Shown here one piece after another: positions 1 through 9,448 of a DNA stretch of 64,000 nucleotides. Every line of letters starts with the position of its first letter. Position 1 is the first letter of the stretch. The notes beneath the pieces were generated by a model. The model had not been told where the DNA came from and made no database searches. It was given only the letters and a program-made list of their open reading frames with translations. This stretch comes from an uncultured delta proteobacterium (GTDB lineage Bacteria > Desulfobacterota > Syntrophia > Syntrophales > UBA4778): assembly GCA_963784735.1 (NCBI GenBank), contig CAWASK010000004.1:9427-73426 (forward strand). Direction: 5' to 3'. A program made the position numbers and the translations under genes.

Positions 1-1
1 C

Positions 2-622
2 AGGCAGGACCCCTGCGCCCCCCCGGGAAGGTATGAGACCCGGTATATCTGCCGCAAGGGAAAGGTCAGGGACGTGCTGGCTACGGTGGCAATGGTCCCG
101 GGCACAAAAAAAAGCATCTTGTCACTGATGGATATAACCCAGCTTAAAAAGATCCAAACGTCCCTGAAAGAAAGGGAGGAAGAGCTTTTCATAAAATCCC
201 GCAACCTCGAGGAATTGAACGCGGCCTTGAGGGCCCTTCTCAAACAGCGGGACGAGGACCGGGTGGAACTGGAGGAAAACGTCCTCGCGAACGTGAAAAC
301 GAGCATCCTCCCCCTCATAGAGAAGCTTGGTGCCGGCACCCTGGACCAAAACCAGAGTGTTTGTCTGGGAGCAATTGAATCGCACCTCCGGGAAATCATC
401 TCGCCGTTCCTGCACAGGTTCAGCCAGGCTTACTTCGACCTCACACCCCAGGAGATCCAGGTGGCCGCCCTGGTGAAAGACGGGAAGACAAGCAAGGAAA
501 TCGCCAGTCATCTCGGTGTTTCCGTCAGGACCGTCGACACCCACAGGGACAACATCCGGAAGAAGCTCGGCATAAAAGACAGGCGTACGGGCCTGAGGTC
601 ATTCCTGCTGAAGCTCTCTTAG
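2..622 (+). CDS. PAS-domain (partial) LuxR-family transcriptional regulator; 5' end lies outside the window
   Basis: Frame 2 is open from base 2 ('RQDPCAPPGRYETRYICRKGKVRDVLATVAMV', PAS-like tail) and runs into ORF 74..622. A coiled-coil linker follows. The C-terminus is a LuxR/GerE HTH: 'TPQEIQVAALVKDGKTSKEIASHLGVSVRTVDTHRDNIRKKLG'. Confidence 0.85.
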   Translation, partial: RQDPCAPPGRYETRYICRKGKVRDVLATVAMVPGTKKSILSLMDITQLKKIQTSLKEREEELFIKSRNLEELNAALRALLKQRDEDRVELEENVLANVKTSILPLIEKLGAGTLDQNQSVCLGAIESHLREIISPFLHRFSQAYFDLTPQEIQVAALVKDGKTSKEIASHLGVSVRTVDTHRDNIRKKLGIKDRRTGLRSFLLKLS

Positions 623-776
623 CATACCTATTTTCAATCCGTATTGACTCCATATTTATTCCGTATTGCCCGCCGGCATTGCCGCATCTTATCCTTCAAT
701 CAAAACGAGGTTGCTTGTTTACAGCGACCCGCACCATTGGCAAACCTCAAAAAAATAATGAAAGGGGGGAGGATTT

Positions 777-1265
777 ATGTTCCGGAAAATTCTGGTCCCG
801 CTGGACGGTTCGGCCCTGGCCGCCAGCATCCTGTCCCAGGTCGAGGACCTTGCCAGGAGCGAAAAATCCGAGATTGTTTTGCTTATGGTGGGTCATGCCA
901 CCGGCACGTTTGCAATGGCCGAAGGGTTCTCGTGGAACGCGCAGCTCATCGAATCAACCATGGCTGAGCTCAGGGCGAATGCGGAAAGGTATCTTGCGGA
1001 AACGGCAAAGAAACTGGAGGGTAAAGGCCTGAAGGTGAACTGCGTGTACTCGGAAGGCGTCCCGGCCCGGGAAATCATCCGTTACGCCGAGGAGGCCCGG
1101 TGCGACCTGATCGCCATGGCCACGCACGGCCGCGGGGAAATTGCCTGGGTGCTCGGAAGCGTTGCGGAACAGGTGGTGTCGCACGCCACCGTGCCTGTGC
1201 TGATAATGCGCGTCCTCAAGGCCCAGCCGCTTCTCGAGAAACAGGAAGTGCTGGCCGGGCCATAA
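777..1265 (+). CDS. universal stress protein (UspA family)
   Basis: 162-aa ORF with N-terminal 'ILVPLDGS' and the C-terminal Usp ATP-binding motif 'DLIAMATHGRGEIAWVLGSVAEQVVSHATVPVLIMR'. An RBS GGGGGAGG lies just upstream. Confidence 0.9.
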   Translation: MFRKILVPLDGSALAASILSQVEDLARSEKSEIVLLMVGHATGTFAMAEGFSWNAQLIESTMAELRANAERYLAETAKKLEGKGLKVNCVYSEGVPAREIIRYAEEARCDLIAMATHGRGEIAWVLGSVAEQVVSHATVPVLIMRVLKAQPLLEKQEVLAGP

Positions 1266-1492
1266 GGCGATTCGCAGGGCCGTAGGCCGGTGCAGGATGT
1301 CTGGCCGGAAAGTCCGATCAGGCAAAGGGGGAAACCTGCAGCCGCCGCGGATCGGGGTGGGCAGCCAGCTGGCGGTCTTTGAAACAATTGCAAATGGGGT
1401 ACTCGCAATGAAGATGCAGCAGATAAGGGAGATTGCCCGGCCGTGGGGGGTTGATGTGCGTGTAGGAACATATAAGGTCACAGGAGGTCAGC

Positions 1493-1957
1493 ATGTTTGA
1501 ACCCAGGAATATCCTTGTGCCGACGGATTTCTCGGAAGATTCGGAGCAGGCCCTCCAGACGGCCCTGGACATTGCCGTCAAGTATCACGCGAGGGTCTTC
1601 CTTCTTCACGTGCTTGGCGGCACGCTTCAGCAGGCCATAGGCGATTACCATATCGACCAGCGCACGCTGGAGAGGATTCTTAACGAGAGCATCCTTTTTT
1701 CCGACGAAAAATTCCAGGAGACGCTCGAGAAATTTCCGAAGACCCGGGAGGTCAAGGTCATAACGGAAGTCCGCAAGGGATTCCCGTTGGAGGAAATACT
1801 GCGGGAAACGGCGGAGCGGGGCATTGATCTGATTGTAATCGCCTCGCACGGCAAAACTGGCCTGAAGAAATATTTTTTGGGCTCCGTGGCGGATAAGGTT
1901 ATCAAGGAAGCAAGATGCCCGGTGTTGCTTGTCCGCAACCAAAGAAAGGAGGGGTGA
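1493..1957 (+). CDS. universal stress protein (UspA family)
   Basis: 154-aa ORF with 'ILVPTDFSEDS' and 'DLIVIASHGKTGLKKYFLGSVADKVIKEARCPVLLVR'. An RBS AGGAGG lies 6 nt upstream. Confidence 0.9.
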   Translation: MFEPRNILVPTDFSEDSEQALQTALDIAVKYHARVFLLHVLGGTLQQAIGDYHIDQRTLERILNESILFSDEKFQETLEKFPKTREVKVITEVRKGFPLEEILRETAERGIDLIVIASHGKTGLKKYFLGSVADKVIKEARCPVLLVRNQRKEG

Positions 1958-1960
1958 AAA

Positions 1961-2218
1961 ATGTATTTCATGATGATTTGCACATGGGAACCGATGGACG
2001 AGAAGGAAGTAAGGACGAGGAAGGCAAATTGGGAATGGCCGGAGGATGTCAAGGTATTTTATGAATTCTATGATCTCCAGGGATGCAGAACTATCTATGT
2101 CGTCGAAACCGATGCCAAGGGCCTCATCGCTGCCCGTGCGGCGTGGGTGGATGTCTTGAGTTTTGAGATCTTTCCTGTTTATCCCATCGGCGCCACCAAG
2201 GAAAAACTGCAAAAATGA
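1961..2218 (+). CDS. DUF3303-like small protein
   Basis: 85-aa ORF placed 3 nt after the usp stop, with RBS AAGGAGG. The pattern 'M.FMM...W......' ... 'YVVETDAKGL...AAWVDVLSFEIFPV' matches my memory of the DUF3303 family layout. Family assignment is from memory only. Confidence 0.6.
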   Translation: MYFMMICTWEPMDEKEVRTRKANWEWPEDVKVFYEFYDLQGCRTIYVVETDAKGLIAARAAWVDVLSFEIFPVYPIGATKEKLQK

Positions 2219-2233
2219 GAAAGGAGGAAAGCC

Positions 2234-2411
2234 ATGTCCACCCTTGAATTGACAGCGAGAAGAGCAAATCGAGCTTTTGGAAATCCTCGAAGGGTCTCAT
2301 TACCGTCTTCGAGTCGAAATCGCCAACACCGATGACCGCGAATTCAGGCGTCACCTGAAGCAGAGGGAAGTGATCATGAAGGTGCTGATAGACCGCCTGA
2401 AAAGCAGCTGA
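2234..2411 (+). pseudogene. small helical protein of about 59 aa; reading frame broken after about 8 codons as sequenced
   Basis: A strong RBS AAAGGAGGA precedes the ATG at 2234 ('MSTLELTA'). The protein-like continuation 'REEQIELLEILEGSHYRLRVEIANTDDREFRRHLKQREVIMKVLIDRLKSS*' is in a different frame (codon phase of 2253; stop at 2409-2411). No family recognised. Confidence 0.3.
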
Positions 2412-2568
2412 CCCGGGCAGATCTATCTGCCCCCGGTTTGCAGGAAGTCGCCCGATTTCCTGGAGATGGATGTTTGCCCGGGAATCGGCAGCTGCGGAAT
2501 TCCGTGGGAAATTGACCAGAGGGCCTCAATCATCAAGCTTCTAAACCATATGGTTTTGCGGGGGCATT

Positions 2569-3174
2569 ATGAATGAGAATGCTAAAGATACGGTTAAAAC
2601 TGACGAGAGGCTGAGGATCGGCAGAAAAATAAAGGAGCTCCGCCAGAAAAAAAATCTTACGCTCGAGAGCCTGGCCGAAAAGCTCGATCTCAAGGAAAAC
2701 ATCCTGACCAGAATTGAGAACGATCGATTCGTCCCTCCTCTGGGCACCTTGCTTAAACTCTCCAGAATACTCGACGTGAGCATGGCGTATTTCTTTGAGG
2801 ACGAGGTGGTTGTCGAAAAAATATTCATCACCCGGAGCAATGACCGGGTCAAAGTAAAGGTGAAGCCTTTTTATCAGGAAGGGGAAGTCGAATATATTTA
2901 CGAATCCCTGGAGCCGAAAAACCAGAACAAGCATATCGAACCGTTTCTGGTGCATTTTCAGCCCATGGAAGTGTCCGATATCCTGTACATGAGCCACGAA
3001 GGGGAAGAATTCCATTTCGTCCTGGAAGGAAAACTCGAGTTCCGCACCGACGACCGGGTGGAAGTCCTGGAGGCGGGCGACTCGCTGTTCTTTGAGTCGG
3101 GGATGAACCACGGTTTCCGCGCCCTCACGGAAGTCCCGGCGAAGGTGCTCGTGGTCCTCTGGGGCGGGGCTTAA
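2569..3174 (+). CDS. XRE-family HTH transcriptional regulator with C-terminal cupin domain
   Basis: N-terminal HTH_3: 'RIGRKIKELRQKKNLTLESLAEKLDLKENILTRIENDRFVPPLGTLLKLSRILDV'. C-terminal cupin: 'HEGEEFHFVLEGKLEF...GDSLFFESGMNHGF'. Confidence 0.9.
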   Translation: MNENAKDTVKTDERLRIGRKIKELRQKKNLTLESLAEKLDLKENILTRIENDRFVPPLGTLLKLSRILDVSMAYFFEDEVVVEKIFITRSNDRVKVKVKPFYQEGEVEYIYESLEPKNQNKHIEPFLVHFQPMEVSDILYMSHEGEEFHFVLEGKLEFRTDDRVEVLEAGDSLFFESGMNHGFRALTEVPAKVLVVLWGGA

Positions 3175-3188
3175 GTTGTGAAGCTTTG

Positions 3189-3226
3189 AAAAACGGGAGA
3201 GCACTGCAGCCTCCCGTGTTTTCTTC
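3189..3226. terminator. bidirectional intrinsic terminator between the convergent XRE-cupin and FadL-like genes
   Basis: The hairpin ACGGGAG(3193-3199)/CTCCCGT(3211-3217) is flanked by GAAAAA on the 5' side and GTTTTCTT on the 3' side. Confidence 0.6.
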
Positions 3227-3266
3227 GCCCCGGCGTATTCCCGAATCGCTCCGGGAAGCTCCTCCG

Positions 3267-4549
3267 CTAATATGTCCATTTCAGGTTCAGCACGAAAAAA
3301 TTGAAGGTGGTGTCGCTGAACTCTCCGGCCACCCTGCCCGCCAGTGGGCCGCGCCTCTGGTCGACGGCATGTCGCCCAGCCAGGCAAATTGGTAAGCCGC
3401 TCCCAGTGTCAGGTTCGGGGAGAAGGCATACTGCGTGCCCAGCGCGAATGACTTGATCTCGCCCATGGGGACGGAGACGGTGCGGTTCGAGTCGCTGACG
3501 GCCGAGCTGTCGTAGGCTATGCCGAATGAAAACCTCCAGGCCGGCGAATGCGTGTACTGGAGCCCCAGCGCGGCGTGCCAGGTATCCTTGTAGTGGCTGT
3601 CCGCCGTCAGGGTCGCCGGGTTGTCCGTGCTGATGCCCACCTCCACCCTGCCGAAGCGCGACCAGTCCTGCCAGCCCACGTTGCCCAGGATGGCCCAACA
3701 GGGATTCAAATCATGGTAAGCGCTGAACATGACCATCTGGGGAACGGTCATGCCCAGGTCCAGGCTGCTGTTCAGGAGGCCGGCCTTGGCCAGGGCGGCC
3801 CGCAGGCCGTCGCCCAGGCCGCTGAACTCGGGGACGTCGCTGAAATCAAGCTTCACTTCCGAAAGGTAGGTGAGCCCGAAGCGCGTGCCCTTTTTCGGCT
3901 CAACGAGGATCCCCAGGTTCGCCCCGTATCCCATTTCGGTGTCCTTGTAGTTGAGCCGGCCGTCGGCAAGCGCCGGGTCTGCGTTGTTGATGGCGGCCTG
4001 GTCCTTTAGAATGCCGTACATCATGTTGAGCCCGGCCCCTATCGAGAGCCAGTCGTTGACCCGGTAGCTCACGGCGGGCATGAACGTCATGCCGATGAGG
4101 GTCGATTTCTGGAGGTAATAGCGGCCCACCCAGTTGCCGTCGAAGCCCTGGCTCAAGCCGAAATAAGACAGGGCGCCGAAGCCGACGCTCCAGTCCCGGT
4201 TAAGTTTCTGGACGACGAAGAGGCTCCCGCCGGGCACCCAGCCGATGCCGTTGCCGCCGTCGGTGCCCCCTCCCGGCACATCGGTTGCCGCATTGGGGCT
4301 GAACTTCAGGTTGGAGTAAAGGGCCTGCATCCCCACCAGGGACTGCGACGACTCGAGCCGGCTCATCCCCGCGGGGTTGGTGAAGACCGTGGAGGCGTCC
4401 TGGGCGCGGGCGGCGTAACCTGCGTTCGCGTAACCCACGTCTGGCGAGCCGAACTGGTAGAGCATGATCCCGCCGGCCCAAGCGGGGCCGCAGATGAAGA
4501 CAATCCCGATGACCATCCAGCACAGCGCACCCGACCATAACTTCTTCAT
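3267..4549 (-). pseudogene. outer-membrane transport protein, OMPP1/FadL/TodX family (one C-terminal frameshift as sequenced)
   Basis: Signal peptide 'MKKLWSGALCWMVIGIVFICGPAWA' starts at the ATG at 4549. FadL-like N-terminus: 'FGSPDVGYANAGYAARAQDASTVFTNPAGMSRLE'. The beta-barrel C-terminus 'VDQRRGPLAGRVAGEFSDTTFNFFVLNLKWTY*' sits in the frame of ORF 3267..3698. The frame switch is near 3375. Confidence 0.85.
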
Positions 4550-4622
4550 TTCGATGATCCTCCCTGTTCGTAAAACAATTGAAAATGGCCTGTCCGCGGC
4601 TTCAATGCACCCCCCCCGGCCG

Positions 4623-5054
4623 TTACCTGGCCCTTGCAAATTCAACATCAAACAGCTGTTTGTGCACCGCCTGGAAATAGGTCCCCTTCAGGCGTTCTGC
4701 GGCCGGGTCGTAAACGAGCCGGTAAATTGATCCCGGGTAATTGATATCCCTCAGTTCCATGTAAAGTGTCACCGTGCCGTTTTTCCTTGCCAGCTTGGCG
4801 CTGTGGACCCTGATCGACACCGGATTGAAGTAGGCGGCCGTCACAGTCCCGTCTTTTTTGGCGTCCCGCAGCTCGATCACATATCCGCCGTCCGGACGCA
4901 CCCACCGGCCTTCGAGCTTCTGGAAATCCGTCCTGCCCTTACCGGTGCCCTCCCCGAAGGCGGTCCCGGAAAGCAACAGCACCAGTGCCGCCGTGCAGAA
5001 GAAGGCGGAAAGCAGGGCTCCTGGAAGGGGATTTTTAATCCTGGCCATTGTCAT
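4623..5054 (-). CDS. hypothetical exported protein (143 aa)
   Basis: I take the internal start 'MTMARIKNPLPGALLSAFFCTAALVLLLSGTAFG' (signal peptide), because the upstream part of ORF 4623..5369 is an R/P/G-rich shadow. No family recognised. Confidence 0.6.
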   Translation of the reverse strand: MTMARIKNPLPGALLSAFFCTAALVLLLSGTAFGEGTGKGRTDFQKLEGRWVRPDGGYVIELRDAKKDGTVTAAYFNPVSIRVHSAKLARKNGTVTLYMELRDINYPGSIYRLVYDPAAERLKGTYFQAVHKQLFDVEFARAR

Positions 5055-5059
5055 CAACC

Positions 5060-6387
5060 TCACTTTATAACCAAATTGTTTTTGCCGGTTCCCGGCTTGC
5101 CGCGCTTGATCACGAGGGGCCCTTTCAGGGCCTCCATGACGAGCGAGGGGGAGAGATCGTTTTCCAGCAGTTGCGCCATTACCCGCAGGTACTTGCGGAT
5201 GTGCAGGAAGAATTTCCTGTACCCGGCGCACAGATAGTGGAGGCCCGGCTCCTCGTACCAGCTTTGCGCAAACCGGTGCTTGGGGCAGCCGCCCCGGCAG
5301 GCCGCGAGCACCTCGCATTCCCGGCAGTAGCGAGGCAGGGCCGTTTCCTTCGCAGCCCCGAGGGAGCATTGGAGCGATTTTTCGACCATGCCCGGCAGGG
5401 AATCATCCATGATATTGCCCAGCCTGAACCGCGGGTAAACGCAGTGATCGCACGCATAGACATCCCCGTTGTGCTCGATCACGAGAGAGCTGCCGCACTG
5501 TTCGGCGTGGATGCAGACGGGCGAGGCGTTTCCGATCCAGGCATTGAGGGCCCATTCGAAGTTCATGACAAACGATCTTGCCCGACATCGCTGCGCACCC
5601 ATTCCTCGTAAATGGAAATCAGGAAATCGCCATACTCTTCAGGCACAACGGACCAGGGTGTGACTTCTGTGTCCTGGCGTCAGGATCATCCAGCGGCGCC
5701 GGGGAGGCGAGATGAAGGCCCAGTGCCCTGCTTTCTTCGTCGGGTGCCCGCTCCACGACGGGAGTGAACTGGATGAATTCGACGCCTTCATCCCTGAAGA
5801 ACCGATAGACCTCCAGCGGGTGCTTCGCCGTCTCCCGGCCGACGCACGCCAGCACGTTGTATTCGACCTTGTGTTTCTGCAGCAGCCTGCAGACCCCGCA
5901 TGACCGCGTCGAAGGTGCCCTTGCCGCCCCGGTCCCGGCGATAAAGGTCATGAATCTCCCGCGGGCCGTCGATACTGATCCCCACCATGAAGTTATTCCT
6001 CTTCAGGAAACGAGCACCATTCATCGGTGAGCAGCGTGCCGTTCGTCTGGAGGGAATTGCTGATCGTTTTCAGGCCCGCGAAACGGCTTCTGCAGTTCGA
6101 TGGCCCGTTTGAAAAAATCGATCCCCAGGAGGGTCGGCTCGCCGCCCTGCCAGACGAATTCCACGACCGGGGTGGGCTGGGAGCGTAATATATTTGTCTA
6201 TGAAAGCCGACAGGACGGCGTCGGACATCCGGTATTTTTCGCCGGGGCCGAACAGGGCCTTTTTCTCGAGATAAAAGCAATACTCGCAGTTGAGATTGCA
6301 CTGCGGCCCCGCCGGTTTGGCCATGAGGTGGATGCCCGCTGCGGGACTGCCCCCGGGCATGTCGGGCGGTGCATTATGCGTGCTCAT
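5060..6387 (-). pseudogene. anaerobic sulfatase-maturating enzyme (radical SAM/SPASM), at least 5 frameshifts as sequenced
   Basis: The protein is spread over several frames:
- 'HLMAKPAGPQCNLNCEYCFY' (CxxxCxxC).
- 'PVVEFVWQGGEPTLLGIDFFKRAIELQK'.
- 'NSLQTNGTLLTDEWC'.
- 'FLKRNNFMVGISIDGPREIHDLYR'.
- 'LLQKHKVEYNVLACV...GVEFIQFTPVVE'.
- SPASM part: 'GSSLVIEHNGDVYACDHC...CRECEVLAACRGGCPKHR'. Confidence 0.85.
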
Positions 6388-6896
6388 GGGGTCTCCCGGC
6401 CCAGTTCATGTCGCTTTTTTTCCATGAAGGCTGATATTCCGTGAGCGATCCTGCTGCACAATCCGCTCAATTGCCGCTTTCCCAGTGGGCCTGTCAGGGT
6501 CAGCAGGAGCGCGGGCTCGCACGCCATTGCGTAGGTGAGCACAGTTCTTCCTCCACCGGCAGGTGTCAGCCGGTAATCTTCGCACACTATCCGTGAAAGG
6601 GGGGCGGTTGACTCCTCGATATAAAACGTGAACCGTTTCCCCGGCTCCCAGGCGATGAACTTCTCCCATACTGTCATGCCGATGAGGACTACCGTCCTGG
6701 TGGAGCCCACCCCGTGGGGTGCGGGGCTTGTCCATTGCGCTTTGCGGATATCCCTGACAAAGGCTGGCCAGGAATCCGCATCAGCGAGAGCCTTGAACAC
6801 ATCCTCCGGGGCAGCGTTGATTTCTACCTCATTCACAAATCTAAGCGGAGCCGATTCCAGGAAATCCAAACCCACCGGGCGGCACGCGAATCTCAT
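6384..6896 (-). CDS. SRPBCC-family (polyketide cyclase/START-like) protein
   Basis: 170-aa ORF with 'VNEVEINAAPEDVFKALADADSWPAFVRDI...TVVLIGMTVWEKFIAWEPGKRFTFYI'. Its stop overlaps the anSME start (ATGA). Confidence 0.7.
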   Translation of the reverse strand: MRFACRPVGLDFLESAPLRFVNEVEINAAPEDVFKALADADSWPAFVRDIRKAQWTSPAPHGVGSTRTVVLIGMTVWEKFIAWEPGKRFTFYIEESTAPLSRIVCEDYRLTPAGGGRTVLTYAMACEPALLLTLTGPLGKRQLSGLCSRIAHGISAFMEKKRHELGRETP

Positions 6897-6987
6897 GGCT
6901 TCCTCCTTATGAATTTCACGTTCGTTGTCTTCCTCTTCATTCCCCCACCCCCTGCGGGGTGGGGGTTCTGGAGAACAGTCAGCCGCC

Positions 6988-9420
6988 TTAGTCAGCCCTC
7001 AGCCTTGCCTCTGTGTGTTCAAGCTTCCGCTGGTCGGAACTCGACAGCCTGCCGTCCGCAGGTTTGATCACCACTTTTTCGATGGTGCCGGTGAACTTGA
7101 ATGGAACGTCATAAGACAAGGTGACCGGCGTGCCCGTGTCTTCGCCCACGTCGAAGGTTTCATCAAGGGAAAAACGGAAGGGCACGGTCCGTTCGATCCG
7201 GCCCTGGGCGACCTGCTGGCCGTCCACGCTGATTGTGCCGGTGCCTCCCTTGCCGATACCGCCGCCGTCATACTTGAAGTCGAAGACAATGGTGTGTTTG
7301 CCCGGCTTCAGGGCCTTCTTCGCCGCGATGCTGTAATGGGCAACATTGGCCAAGTTGTAATAGAAAACCGGCTTGCCTTTCTCGAGCAACAGCGCGTAGC
7401 CGCCGGACAGGCCGCCATGGGTCACGATGACGCCCTGTTCGCTGTCCTTGGGGAGGACCACGTCGGCGGTGATGCTGAACGACTTGTTCTTGACGTTCGG
7501 CGCCGAGGCCTCGGGGATGCGCGTCACGGGTCCGAGCGTAGATGAACTCGGTGCGTCCGCGCGTGAGGCTGGGGCGTATGGTCGGGTCCATCCGCTCCGA
7601 GCCGCTGTCGTCGAGCGGCAGCACGTTGTACTTGGCCGCCTCGGCATAGAACAGCAGCTGAAGGTCGCGAAGTTTGTCGGGATACTTATCCGCGAGGTTC
7701 ACCGCCTCGCTGAAGTCCTCTGCGACATGGTACAGCTCCCACTTATAGCCATTGATCACATCGACCCGTTGAACTTGGTCTGGTCCTCCCAGGGCCCCCC
7801 GTACGGAGGGGTGGTGCAGGCCATCCAGCCGTCGTGATAGATGGCGCGGTGGGCAAACACCTCGAAATACTGCGTGCGGCGGGTCGACGGGGCCTTGGGG
7901 TTGTCGAAAGAGTAGAGCATGCTCACACCCTCGATAGGCTTCTGCGCGACCCCGTTGACCATGGAGGGCTGCTCGATGCCCGTCGCCTCCAGGAGCGTCG
8001 GCACGATGTCGATGACGTGGTGCCACTGCGCCCGGATTCCCCCCTGGTCCTTGATGTGCGTCGGCCAGGAGACGACCATCCCGTTGGCCGTGCCTCCGTA
8101 GTGCGAGGCGACTGCTTGACCCACTGGAACGGGGCGTTCATGGCGTGCGCCCAGCCAGCCGGGTAGTGGTTGTGCGTCTTCCACGTGCCCAGGTTGTCCT
8201 TCTGTTTAAGGACCTCCCTGTAGTCTTCCGGGATCTGTTTATCATGGCCAGTTCGTTGAGGAGCCCTGGATCATGCCCTCGCCGCTGGCGCCGTTGTCGC
8301 CGCAGATGTAGATGACCAGCGTGTTGTCCATCTGGCCCAGCTTCTCGATCGCATCCAGGACCCGGCCGACATTGTAGTCGGTCTGGGAAAGGTAGCCGGC
8401 GTAAATTTCCATCATGTAGGCGTAGAGCTGCTTCTGCTCGGCATTGAGCGAATCCCAGGCGGGCATGCCGCGGCTGCGTTCGGTGAGCTTCGTGTTGGCC
8501 GGCACGATGCCCAGTTTCTTCTGCCGCGCCAGGGTTTCCTCGCGCACCTTGTCCCAGCCCTGGTCGAATTTGCCCTTGTATTTCGCGATCCATTCCTTTT
8601 TCGGGTGATGCGGGGAATGCGTGGCGCCCGGCGCATAGTAGAGGAAGAACGGCTTGTCGGGCGCCACGGCTTTCTGGGTGCGGACCCATTCAATGGCCTG
8701 GTCGGCAATATCGTAATCAAAATTGTAGTCCGGGTTGCCCAGGTAGGGCTCGATTGGCTTGGTCCCGTCGAAGACGGCGGGCCGCCACTGGCTGGTCTCG
8801 GCGCCGATGAAGCCGTAGAACTTCTCAAAGCCCAGGCCGGTCGGCCAGAGATCGAACGGCCCGGCCTGGCTGTTCTGCCAGTCGGGCACGTTGTGGTTCT
8901 TGCCGAACCAGGCGGTGTTCCAGCCCTTCTGCCTGAGGACCTCGGCGACCGTCGCGGTGTCCTTGCCCATCAAGCTGTCGTAGCCGGGAAAGCCGGTGGC
9001 CAGTTCCATGATGTTGCCGGTGTGCACCGAGTGGTGATTGCGGCCGGTGAGCAGCGCGGCGCGCGTGGGCGACCAAATTGACGTCGTGTGGAACTGCGTG
9101 TAGCGCAGCCCGTTTTTGGCCAGCCTGTCGAGGGTCGGCGTGTTGCAGGGACCGCCGAACGTGCTCGACGCGCCGTAGCCGACGTCGTCAAGGATGATCA
9201 GCGACGATGTTGGGCGCCCCCTTGGGCGCCTGGACCTCCTGCGGGAAATCCGACTTCGAGTCCTTCACGCTCAGCCCGATCTGCCCCTTGAACGGGGGCG
9301 GCGGGGCCGGGCAGGACTTCCTGGGCGGAGGCGCCGCTGAACAAGCGCCCCTCCCGCCAGCACCGAGCCGACTGCGGCACAAATGCCGGCCTTCTTTTTC
9401 AGGGTAAGGTCATTGTGCAT
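6988..9420 (-). pseudogene. arylsulfatase (about 810 aa, formylglycine-dependent type), at least 6 frameshifts as sequenced
   Basis: - RBS GGAAGGAG precedes the ATG at 9420; signal-like 'MHNDLTLKKKAGICAAVGSVLAGGAL'.
- 'QEVQAPKGAPNIV' followed by 'LIILDDVGYGASSTFGGPCNTPTLDRLAKNGLRYTQFHTTSIWSPTRAALLTGRNHH'.
- Central part in ORF 8242..9027 ('LYYAPGATHSPHHP', 'VIYICGDNGAS').
- C-terminal domain in ORF 6988..7647. Confidence 0.9.
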
Positions 9421-9448
9421 CTCGTTCTCCTTCCGTTCGTAGTTTCGT

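Noticed and set aside
1408-1500. A 30-codon ORF, 'MKMQQIREIARPWGVDVRVGTYKVTGGQHV', whose first 20 residues resemble the start of small Rho_N/SAP-like proteins.
   Set aside because: The similarity stops after about 20 residues, the ORF runs into the RBS and start of the second usp gene, and no RBS is evident. At best it is a remnant, so it is not annotated.
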